This document shows positions 49,774 through 58,082 of a stretch of 64,000 nucleotides of DNA, piece after piece. The DNA lies in assembly GCA_963832165.1 (NCBI GenBank), contig CAWHTE010000005.1, positions 224,001 to 288,000 on the forward strand. Reading direction: 5' to 3'. The DNA is from an uncultured delta proteobacterium (GTDB lineage Bacteria; Myxococcota_A; UBA9160; SMWR01). Position numbers and translations under genes: made by a program. Under the pieces are notes generated by a model. The model made no database searches. It worked only from the letters and a program-made list of their open reading frames with translations, and was not told where the DNA came from. Numbering within the stretch: the first letter of the stretch is position 1; every line of letters begins with the position of its first letter.

Positions 49774-50486
49774 GCCTCTACCTCCCCCGCTTCGTTCTGG
49801 GTAAATGCGCAAATTTGAGCAATTACCGCCGGGCGCTGCGCGGGGCGCTTGACGCGCGGGAGCGGCGCTTCGCTGCGATGGATGCGGGCGCTCACGGCGA
49901 CACCTCGCGCGGGCGGGCCGACCGACAAAGTCTTGTCGAGACGTCGTCGGTACGCGGCCTGGCGGCAGCGGCTCGAGCACCAGCGGGCGTCGGTGCGGCC
50001 GGTGAAGGAAGCACCGCAGCGAGTGCAGGGTCGCCACGTCGTCACAACGTGAGCACGGCGCCGCGCATCGCGCGCCCGCTCGAGGCGCTGGCGCCGGCTG
50101 CGCTTGCAGTCATCGCTACACGTGATCGGCCACCAGACGCGGCCGCGCATCTCGACGTAGAACATCAGCCGCCCGCACTCGGCGCACGGCGCTTCGTGGT
50201 CCGGCTTGACCGTGTAGCCGCGCGGGACGTAACGCACGCCCTGGTCGATCCAGATCGGCCGATAGCTCTGCAGGCACACCGAACACCAGCGGGCGAGGAG
50301 CCGGCCGCGACCGCAGCGGTAGCGCGCGCAGCACGGGATCGGGACTACCGCTATCGGCTCCCTACGTGTCAGCGCCTGCCTGCAGTGGGTGCAGCGAACC
50401 GGCTCAGCGTTGCGGCTGTCTACCCGCACGACGTCACACGGTGAAACCGTTGCGGGCTGGTAGTCGTAACAGACTGAGGCGCTCAT
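49770..50486 (-). CDS. Cys-rich putative multi-zinc-finger protein
   Basis: CTHC, CSVC, CAEC...CSDDC and CTRC...WCSSRCRQAAYRRR. Confidence 0.65.
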   Translation of the reverse strand: MSASVCYDYQPATVSPCDVVRVDSRNAEPVRCTHCRQALTRREPIAVVPIPCCARYRCGRGRLLARWCSVCLQSYRPIWIDQGVRYVPRGYTVKPDHEAPCAECGRLMFYVEMRGRVWWPITCSDDCKRSRRQRLERARDARRRAHVVTTWRPCTRCGASFTGRTDARWCSSRCRQAAYRRRLDKTLSVGPPARGVAVSARIHRSEAPLPRVKRPAQRPAVIAQICAFTQNEAGEVEA

Positions 50487-51028
50487 TCGCTTCGCTCCTG
50501 CGCGACGATCTCCGCGGGCGCGGGCTCGGGGTCCGATGCGCTGCCGTTCGCGCCCGGCGCGTCGATTGCGGGCGCGTGGCGCTTCGCTTCGAGGTCTTCG
50601 AGGTACGACGCGAGCGAGGGCACGTCACGCTCGCGGCGCTCGAGGCCGAGCGTCTTCAACGTCTCGCGGCGCGAGGTGATCAGCGTCGAAATCTTCGCGA
50701 CCGCTTCGAGGTCGGGCGTCTCGGACTGGAGCACACGCGCACACAGCACGCGGAGGAGGAGACCCGCGCGCTGCGCGTCCTGCACGAGCGCGAGCAACTG
50801 CGCGGAGAGCTGCTCGGCGCCACCCAGGTCGGCCACGATCGCGAGGCCCTCGCCCACCGCGTCGGCCACGTAGTCGCGGCGATCGGCCGGCAGCGTGCCG
50901 GTGCGCGAGAGCTCGAGCACCTCCCACGGTGCGATGCGCGCGGCGGCCTTGCGGCGCAGCCACACGCCGCGGTTCGCGCGGCTCATCTTCGCGCGCTGCT
51001 CGGGGGTCGCGAGCTGTCCTTTCCTCAT
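50483..51028 (-). CDS. Putative terminase small subunit-like protein with an N-terminal NUMOD3-like motif
   Basis: KGQLATPEQRAKMSRANRG, a helical body and C-terminal LKTLGLERR; first gene after the replication module. Confidence 0.4.
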   Translation of the reverse strand: MRKGQLATPEQRAKMSRANRGVWLRRKAAARIAPWEVLELSRTGTLPADRRDYVADAVGEGLAIVADLGGAEQLSAQLLALVQDAQRAGLLLRVLCARVLQSETPDLEAVAKISTLITSRRETLKTLGLERRERDVPSLASYLEDLEAKRHAPAIDAPGANGSASDPEPAPAEIVAQERSE

Positions 51029-51308
51029 GCGGACACCCCGAAATGACCCCAAGAGTGCTCACGCGCTAGGCGCAAGCCATCGCCATCCCATTCGAATCCG
51101 ATTCCTGACCCTCGGATCCCCGAACCGATGCGGGCCGAAATGGGCAACCGCGCGGGCGGCCGACGCGATGCCGTCGAGCTCGAGCGAGATCGGCAGGCGC
51201 GCAGGGGCGCGAGCGCGGCGGGGCTGACCGCATTCTCTCGCTGGGGGAGTCCGCCACTGCACGCGGGCGCGCTTCTGCGCCCCGCAGTGTGCGGACTGTC
51301 CACTCCTC

Positions 51309-51446
51309 GACTGGACTGGACTAGCTCTTCTCTTATAGGTCCAGTGGTCCAGTCGTTTTCCGGTCCACTCTGGTCCAGTCGGTCCGCTCCCCTCGGGTTG
51401 AGAAATATCGGCTTCATTCGGTCCGCTCCGGTCCACTCGGTCCACT
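51309..51446. repeat. Iteron-like GGTCCRST repeats (putative replication origin)
   Basis: Eight direct copies plus two inverted partial copies around TCTTCTCTTATA. Confidence 0.7.
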
Positions 51447-53477
51447 CGTCCGCAGCACGAACCGGATCGCATTGCGCGTGCCCGGATACGTCCAGATCAG
51501 CGCCCTCTCGCGGGTCTCCGTTCGAATGGCCGCGGGGTCCGCGCAGAACTCTCGCTTGATGCGCGCGGCGAGCTCTTGCCCGTCTGACCGCGATCCCTCT
51601 CCGGCGAATCCGGCCTTCTCGAGCGCCTCGATCATGAGGTTTTGTGACTCGAAACAGCGCCGCCCCGTGTCGCGGTCCGCGGTGCCGTACTGCTCGAAGA
51701 GCTTGCGCAAGGTCGCTTCGTCGAGGCCGCGCGCTTCGGTGGCGCTGCAGAGAACGCACCCGGCGCCGATCTTCCCGTCATCGCGCTCGGGTCGGCGATA
51801 GGTGATCGGCTCTTCCCAGGAGCCGAAATGAGACTCGACGTCGAGTTCCCACGAGAATCCTCCGATCCCTTTCGAGCGCTTCAGATTCGCGATCACGTTC
51901 GCGGCGCCGCCCTTTGTGACGGCGCCGATCGCGGAGTGCGACACGGGGCCGCCCGGATCTCCCTTGCGCATGTGGTCGAGGAACCAGAGCGCTCGCCGGG
52001 AGGATCGCGCGAACTCGAGCATGTCCCGGTAGAACACGCCCATGAGTGCGTTGTCGCTCGGGTCGACGCCGGGATGGAAGTGGTAGGCCGTGTCGAGGAA
52101 CACCACGCGAGCGCCGGACTGTTCGCCTCGCTCGTGTAGCTCGTCGCGGCCCGCGGCCGTGGTGAGGTCCATCGATGCGGCTCGCTCGCGCGTGTTCGCG
52201 ATCACGAACAGGTCGCGTCCGATCTCGGGCATCGGGATGTTCGTGTCGCGCGCGATCGCCTCCATGCGTTTGCGCACGATGCCTGCCGACATCTCCAGGC
52301 ACACGTAGAGCACGGGCGCGCGCGTCACGTCGAGGCCGAGAAACTTGCTTCCCGTCGCCGTGCACATCGCGAGCTGCAACGATGCCCAGGTCTTTCCGAC
52401 CTTCGATCCGCCGGTGAGGTTGTGCACCGCCGCTTCGAACACGAGCCGATCGACGATCGCCTCGGGCGGCTCGTCGGCCGCGAACTCCTCGGGCGTTAGG
52501 AGCGGAGCACTCGCCCGCTTGACGGGTCCGCCGAGCATCTCGACGAACTCGCGCAGAGTGCGCCAGCTGCGATCGCACTTCGCGCTCGAGCAGAGCCCGT
52601 GCCCGTCGACCCACATGACCGCGGATCCGCCGCGCGCGCGCTTCTGCTTTGCCTGATGGAACGGACACGCGAAGTTGATCTTCTCGTGCTCCGGCTTCGA
52701 GCCGCGCAGCAGGATCACGCCCTCGAGGCGCAGACCGTGTTCGGCGAGCTCGTCGAGGATCCACGCGCAGCTGTGCGCGCCAGGGTCTTGGCGTTCGTCG
52801 CTCGCGCTGCCGAGATCGGGGATCAGGCGGGCGGCGTTCTGCTGCTCGATCAGTGAGCGCAAAACAGCGGCCTGATTCTCAGCGGGCAGCCAGTCGCCGC
52901 TGTCAGCGTCGAGCTCGTAGAAGTGCGTGAACGGCGCGCGGCTCATGCCCGCGAGCGGCAGCCACATTCCGTTGCCGGTCTCGGGCCGCTCGTCCTGCCG
53001 GGGACAAACCAGATCGGCGGCGTCTGGCGCGCCCGCGTCGAGCGCGATCCGGCGAAGAAACGCGCGGACCTTCGCGGCCGGCGCGGGGCCGTTGAAGAAA
53101 ACCCAGGCGTGCCAGCCTTTGCCCTTCGAGCGCTCGAACACCGCGTGGATCTTGTGCGCGCCGAGCGCCGCCATGATCGCATCGGCGACCGACATCATCT
53201 CGGGGTCGTCGGGATCGTCGGTGCCCCAGTTCTTCGCATCGAGGTCGATGCAACCCCATCGGACGTGCCGTGCGTCTACGAACGGGATCGCGCCGACACG
53301 CACGCGCCCGCGCACGTGATCCTCGAAGTCCTCGCGGACGAGGCCACGGTGGCGCGTCTTGAACCCTTCTCCGCCGTCGTAGATGTGTGCGCTCGGGCTC
53401 GAGGCGGAGAAGAGCTCCGCGAGCAGATCGGCGATCCGATCAGCGCCGAGGTCGTGGACGTTCGCGGCTTCGCTCAT
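51414..53477 (-). CDS. AEP-type primase fused to an AAA_25/RepA-like helicase
   Basis: CIDLD and ERSKGKGWHAW (AEP motifs), CPFH...C..C Zn ribbon, Walker A GGSKVGKT, VFLD and DHMRK. Confidence 0.85.
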   Translation of the reverse strand: MSEAANVHDLGADRIADLLAELFSASSPSAHIYDGGEGFKTRHRGLVREDFEDHVRGRVRVGAIPFVDARHVRWGCIDLDAKNWGTDDPDDPEMMSVADAIMAALGAHKIHAVFERSKGKGWHAWVFFNGPAPAAKVRAFLRRIALDAGAPDAADLVCPRQDERPETGNGMWLPLAGMSRAPFTHFYELDADSGDWLPAENQAAVLRSLIEQQNAARLIPDLGSASDERQDPGAHSCAWILDELAEHGLRLEGVILLRGSKPEHEKINFACPFHQAKQKRARGGSAVMWVDGHGLCSSAKCDRSWRTLREFVEMLGGPVKRASAPLLTPEEFAADEPPEAIVDRLVFEAAVHNLTGGSKVGKTWASLQLAMCTATGSKFLGLDVTRAPVLYVCLEMSAGIVRKRMEAIARDTNIPMPEIGRDLFVIANTRERAASMDLTTAAGRDELHERGEQSGARVVFLDTAYHFHPGVDPSDNALMGVFYRDMLEFARSSRRALWFLDHMRKGDPGGPVSHSAIGAVTKGGAANVIANLKRSKGIGGFSWELDVESHFGSWEEPITYRRPERDDGKIGAGCVLCSATEARGLDEATLRKLFEQYGTADRDTGRRCFESQNLMIEALEKAGFAGEGSRSDGQELAARIKREFCADPAAIRTETRERALIWTYPGTRNAIRFVLRTSGPSGPERTE

Positions 53478-54184
53478 GCCTGCTCCCGCGTCGGCAGGTT
53501 GGTCATACCGGCCAAGTCGTCGTAGCGCGCGCCGATCTCGTCACGCGCCCTTTCCAGGGCCATCGCGAGCGCATCCAACGCATCGGCGTGGCGGCGGTCG
53601 TCCGGGGCGAGCGGAAGGTCGCATAGCGTGTGAACCGCGTCAGTGTGGAGCGTCTCGAGCTGGACGAATAGCTCTCCGACGCTCATCACGATGGCGCGCA
53701 GCGCTTCCCAGGGCGTAGGCGGCGTCGGGGGCGGCGGACTGGACGCGGCGCGCTGCGGCCGCTCGGAGAACTGCCACTCGCGGAACTTCTGCTCGTTGAC
53801 GATCCTGTTCGTCGCGGTGCGCGGCATATCGGGGCGCACCGTGCCATCCGCGATCGCAGCCTCCAGGCGCTTCGGCTCGACGCGCGCGAGCTCGGCGAGC
53901 GCCGACCAGCTGGCCGGCAAATGCGACACGTGTGTCGCATTTGAAAGCACGGGGTGACGCGCAATCGCCATGAACCTCTGCGCGGTCCGGGGCGACCAGC
54001 CGAGGTCCTCGCGCACCATCGCCTGGAAGTCTCCGTGCGGGAGAGCGGCCTTCGCCGCGGTCAACATCTTCCCGACGTCGAGCACGGCCTGGACCGACTC
54101 CATGAGCCGCTCGCGGATGCACCGCGCGTAGTCGGCGCGGGACGAGATCGCCACCACCACGTTGTTCGCGACCGCGGCGCTCAC
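53474..54184 (-). CDS. DUF3102-like protein
   Basis: VGKMLTAAKAALPHGDF...WSPRTAQRFMAIA...LPASWSAL. Confidence 0.75.
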   Translation of the reverse strand: MSAAVANNVVVAISSRADYARCIRERLMESVQAVLDVGKMLTAAKAALPHGDFQAMVREDLGWSPRTAQRFMAIARHPVLSNATHVSHLPASWSALAELARVEPKRLEAAIADGTVRPDMPRTATNRIVNEQKFREWQFSERPQRAASSPPPPTPPTPWEALRAIVMSVGELFVQLETLHTDAVHTLCDLPLAPDDRRHADALDALAMALERARDEIGARYDDLAGMTNLPTREQA

Positions 54185-54435
54185 GTTGCACCCTCGATCG
54201 CGTCGAGCGCGCGAGAGAGGGAAAGCTCGAGTCCATCGCGGATCGGTCCGGCGAACGCGCACCCGTTCGCTTCCAGCGCTGTGAGGACCAACGCGCGCAC
54301 CACTAGCTTGCGCACCAGCTCATCGCTTGACGCGCGCTTCGCGCGCGCGGTATCGTCGAGAGCGCCACCGATTCGATTCGTGCTTCGCCTGCGTCGCTCC
54401 CCAGCCCGCGGGCGTTCGCACATCTGGAGCCTCAC
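54181..54435 (-). CDS. Hypothetical protein
   Basis: GTGA coupling at both ends. Confidence 0.4.
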   Translation of the reverse strand: MRLQMCERPRAGERRRRSTNRIGGALDDTARAKRASSDELVRKLVVRALVLTALEANGCAFAGPIRDGLELSLSRALDAIEGAT

Positions 54436-54677
54436 GGTGCGCCACCTCGGTGCGCGGCCTCGCGCTGGAGGTGCTTCTCCACGACGCGCTCGGCGTGCGC
54501 CGTCGGCTGGACGCGGTGGAGTCGCAGGAAGGCCTCGGCGTCCTCGGGGAAAACGTGGAACCGGCGCTCGCCGATTCGGTACGCGGTAAGCTCGCCGTCG
54601 TCGATCGCCTGGCGAGCGACCTCGCGGTTGATCCCGAACGTGCGCTCGAGACCCCGGAGTGATAGCGGCTTCCCCAT
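54432..54677 (-). CDS. HTH_17/excisionase-like (AlpA-type) DNA-binding protein
   Basis: LSLRGLERTFGINREVARQAIDDGELTAYRIGERRFHV. Confidence 0.75.
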   Translation of the reverse strand: MGKPLSLRGLERTFGINREVARQAIDDGELTAYRIGERRFHVFPEDAEAFLRLHRVQPTAHAERVVEKHLQREAAHRGGAP

Positions 54678-54802
54678 CGCGCACGATGGTCGCCGATGGC
54701 GCTAGTCGCGCGCTAGTCGCGCGCTAATGCCTCGGTGAGGATCCACGAAAAAAGACGCGTTCGTGTGGACGTCCACAGAATCATCCGTGACTCGTGTGGA
54801 CC

Positions 54803-55504
54803 CTACTCGGGGATGCCCGTTCCGCGCGCCTTCTCGATGGTGTGACGAGCAGGGATCTCCATGTTGCGGTGGGCGAACGCCTCATTCGCAACCTGCTCAC
54901 TCAACTTGGCTCGTAAGTCTCTCCACTCCTCGCGCACGATCTCTCTCGCCCGCTCGAGGTAGCCGCGCACGGCTTGATCGCTCCTTCCGAGATAGGCGGC
55001 CACCGCGCGGAGCGCGACCATGCGCAAATCGAGACCGTCACGCTCGGCGGCATCGAGTGCCCCTAAGACACGCTCGCGAAGCTGCTCGTCGAGAACTGGC
55101 TCAGAATCGGCGTCTTTGATGTAGAACACCTCAGGTCCCGGCCGGTTCTCGATCCCCGATTCTCCTCTCGACCACCCGACGCCCGGATAGCCCTCGTGCA
55201 GCTGATCGGTGAGCGCCGCGTAGCAGCCGGCGACGAACAGCATCTCCAGGCGCTTCTGATCGACCTCGACCAGCCGGAGCCCCTTGAGAAGACTCCACGC
55301 GTTCTTCGGGGTCGCCCTCTTGCGGATCTCCAAGAGGGGCTTGACCAGCTGCTCATGGAGGCGATTGCTGATCTCGATGCTTGACTCGCGCTGGTGCGCG
55401 GTGAGCAGCGTCTCGAGGTCCACAGCGGTGAACCGCAACGTCACGCGCTCCTGCGTCCGCGCCTTGGCGTTCGCAGCTCGGATCCGTTCCCAGAGATCGC
55501 CCAT
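54803..55504 (-). CDS. Hypothetical protein, possibly a regulator with a C-terminal HTH
   Basis: ALRAVAAYLGRSDQAVRGYL is HTH-like; first gene of the element. Confidence 0.55.
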   Translation of the reverse strand: MGDLWERIRAANAKARTQERVTLRFTAVDLETLLTAHQRESSIEISNRLHEQLVKPLLEIRKRATPKNAWSLLKGLRLVEVDQKRLEMLFVAGCYAALTDQLHEGYPGVGWSRGESGIENRPGPEVFYIKDADSEPVLDEQLRERVLGALDAAERDGLDLRMVALRAVAAYLGRSDQAVRGYLERAREIVREEWRDLRAKLSEQVANEAFAHRNMEIPARHTIEKARGTGIPE

Positions 55505-55712
55505 GCCGCTGCACTCCCGCGGTGCACCGTGTGTGAGCGCCAGGGCCGACCGACGGTGCTGCCGGTGTTCGGCGACGGAGAGCTACTCCGCCGCCTAGGC
55601 CCTGGCGGAAGTGAGGTTACTCCTGGGGTCAGTCTCGACCAAAACCGCCAACGTCTCCACCTCTCCGCGCATATGAGCGTAACTAGGCGCCACTGTTAGG
55701 CCCTCTTTCGAA

Positions 55713-55757
55713 TTCCCAAGCTGAGGGTCGCGGGTTCGAACCCCGTCTCGCGCTCCA
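55713..55757 (+). repeat. attR core (duplicate of the tRNA-Gly 3' end)
   Basis: TTCCCAAGCTGAGGGTCGCGGGTTCGAACCCCGTCTCGCGCTCCA, identical to 40859-40903. Confidence 0.95.
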
Positions 55758-55777
55758 AACGTCCCGCGGTGACGCTC

Positions 55778-57556
55778 CTACGGATCGGCTTGCCGCAGCT
55801 CCGCAAGGCGCGCGCTCAGCTGGGGCGACGGCTCATCACGACGGTGCTCGATCGCGCGCTCGAGGATCTGCACGGCATCGTCGCGTCGGCCAGCGCTCGC
55901 GACGAGCCGCGCCAGTAGCAGCGAAGCTGGCGTGTGGGCTGGTTGGAGCTCGAGCACGCGCCGAAGCATGGTCATCGTCTGCTGTCTATCGGGATCCGGC
56001 CGCGTCCCGTTCTCCGCCAGCGCGAGAACGATCTGCGCGCGCCGGAACAGCAGCCGCGGCGACTCGGGCTGCAGGGACGCGGCCTGCTCGTAGGCCTCGA
56101 GCGCCAGTGCGAGCCGCTTCTGGCGGACGTACACATCCCCCAGTCCGCTCCAGCCCTGGGCGTTGGGGAACAGCTCGATGCTGCGGCGATAGTGTTCGAT
56201 CGCGGATTCATCGCGGCCGTTCTCCTCACTCTCGCGGCCCGCCGCCAGGTGAAGCGCCACGGACTCGCGTCCAATCCAACGCAGGTGCCGCTGTTTCGTT
56301 GCCGCGCGTTCGGGAGTGGGATCGAGGAGCATCCCCACCTCCTCGAAAATGACCATGGCCGGCAACACCAGCGAGAGTCCCGCCAAGGTCCAGACGAGCG
56401 CAGCGAACCCGGATCTGCGCGAACGCTCGCCGGCATTCGCTTCCGGTGCCGCGGAGGGGCGCAGCAGTACACGTGCGATCCCGCCATCGCGCAGCTTCCA
56501 GATCGCGCCGTCGAGGATGAAGTGGTGGATGTTGACGATCGAGAAGGTGGTCATCGCGAGGCCGGCGTCCCAGGCTTGCGTGCCGAGCAGGTCGGGAGCG
56601 AACAAGAGGATGGGCACGTTGATCACTGCGGTGCCTGCAAGCAGCGTCTTCCATAGATACGACCGCACCTGGTCCCGCGATTGCGAACGCTTCGCGTAGT
56701 AGGCCGTGATCCAGAGGTATTGCAGAGAGTGGGCGGTCGATACCCAGATTGCGGCGAACGGCAGCAGTGTCGGGCGCCAGGTGGAAGTCGGGTCTGCCGT
56801 CGCGAACGCGGGAACCGCGAACCAGAGCGCCTGGGTCAATACCAACGCCCAGGCAGGCGCCTGATCCGACGCCGATCCGCGGCCGCGAAGCCGCCATGCG
56901 ACCGCCGCGAGGCAGCCGAGATAGGCGATCCCAGCGCTCGCAGAGAGCCAGACCAGGGCATTCCCGGGAATCCCGAGCGCGATCGCCCTCGGCGCTCCAG
57001 GAGTGTTCAGCGTGGGCTGTGAGACGCTGAACGGCGCCTCGCGACCGTGGATCGCGAGCATCGCGAGCGCTGCAGAGAGCACGAAGGACAGGTAGAAGAG
57101 GCGCTTCGTACCAGCGTCGACCTCGACGCCGCGCCGCCGCAGGAACATCAGCGCGAGCCCGTAGTTCTGGCCCGCAAAGTGCCATGGGCTCCAGGTTATG
57201 TAGATCGTGATGATCGCCGAGGCGAGCCAGACGCTGCGGGACGCGCCTGCGAGCACGAGCGCCAGCGCGAGGGTCGCGTGCAGAGCGAAGAAGCGATATT
57301 TCGCGCGATCCTCGCGGCTTTCGTAGACCCGCAGCACGGTCGCCCCGTAATGAGGCGCGTTGATCAGCATCGCGAATGCCGTCACTGCGGCGATCGGCCA
57401 GGTCTGGACGCCCGTGGCGTATCCGTAACCGAGCAGGATCGGCACGAGGACGACGTACCCGAGACCACAGCCGATGAACAGGTCGACCCAGCGCCCGTGC
57501 AACCACCGGTCGGGGGCGATCACTCCCGTCGCATCGCGAGTTCCGATCACAGCCAT
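55778..57556 (-). CDS. Polytopic membrane protein with His motifs and C-terminal TPRs
   Basis: PHYGAT, WSPWHFAGQNYG, HSLQY and HHFILDGAIWK; TPR repeats. Confidence 0.8.
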   Translation of the reverse strand: MAVIGTRDATGVIAPDRWLHGRWVDLFIGCGLGYVVLVPILLGYGYATGVQTWPIAAVTAFAMLINAPHYGATVLRVYESREDRAKYRFFALHATLALALVLAGASRSVWLASAIITIYITWSPWHFAGQNYGLALMFLRRRGVEVDAGTKRLFYLSFVLSAALAMLAIHGREAPFSVSQPTLNTPGAPRAIALGIPGNALVWLSASAGIAYLGCLAAVAWRLRGRGSASDQAPAWALVLTQALWFAVPAFATADPTSTWRPTLLPFAAIWVSTAHSLQYLWITAYYAKRSQSRDQVRSYLWKTLLAGTAVINVPILLFAPDLLGTQAWDAGLAMTTFSIVNIHHFILDGAIWKLRDGGIARVLLRPSAAPEANAGERSRRSGFAALVWTLAGLSLVLPAMVIFEEVGMLLDPTPERAATKQRHLRWIGRESVALHLAAGRESEENGRDESAIEHYRRSIELFPNAQGWSGLGDVYVRQKRLALALEAYEQAASLQPESPRLLFRRAQIVLALAENGTRPDPDRQQTMTMLRRVLELQPAHTPASLLLARLVASAGRRDDAVQILERAIEHRRDEPSPQLSARLAELRQADP

Positions 57557-57675
57557 AGTCCCTACTGCGTCAAGATTACATGCTCCGAGCAGCCTTGATT
57601 GCAGCGTCGGTTCTTGTGGCGTCCTGGGCCGCGGTTGCGATGGCTCGCAGCGCTGTGCGAGGCTTGCTCCCGGCT

Positions 57676-58044
57676 ATGTCGGTGTCAGCGCGGTTCGCGG
57701 CGGTACTCCTGGTCGCGACCCATCTCGCGGCGGGGTCCGCACCGTGCCCGAAGGCGTTGCCCGCGCACGACCAGCCGGATTCCGTAGCGCTCGCGGGAAC
57801 ACACCCCTGCCCCGGCCATTCCCAGGCGGATGATTCCCCCTCGGAATGGCTGGATGCACGCTGCCCGTGCGGCTGCCAGACCGGAACCGCACCGGGCAGC
57901 GGCACCGCGCGCATCGGTCCCGCGCTGCTGCTCGCCGAGCTCGCTCTCGTGGGCGCGCCCGATCGCGATCTGCGGATCGCGGCGCCGCCGCCGCCGGCCC
58001 GCTTCGCTCCGGCTCCCCCCGATCACGTTCCGCTGATCGCCTGA
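57676..58044 (+). CDS. Small secreted Cys/His/Pro-rich protein (DUF2946-like leader)
   Basis: Signal-like N-terminus, HPCPGH, CPCGC and C-terminal APPPPARFAPAPPDHVP. Confidence 0.55.
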   Translation: MSVSARFAAVLLVATHLAAGSAPCPKALPAHDQPDSVALAGTHPCPGHSQADDSPSEWLDARCPCGCQTGTAPGSGTARIGPALLLAELALVGAPDRDLRIAAPPPPARFAPAPPDHVPLIA

Positions 58045-58082
58045 TCGGATCAGCGCCGAGCGCGCCCGTGCGCGCTTGAAAC

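Larger units (their letters stand above)
40859..55757 (-). mobile_element. Integrated phage-satellite-like element (~14.9 kb) in tRNA-Gly
   Basis: 45-bp direct repeats at both ends, plus integrase, primase-helicase, terminase and Xis-like genes, all on the minus strand. Confidence 0.9.

Noticed and set aside
55713..55757. Second tRNA-Gly gene
   Set aside because: Only the 3' 45 nt are present; this is the att duplication
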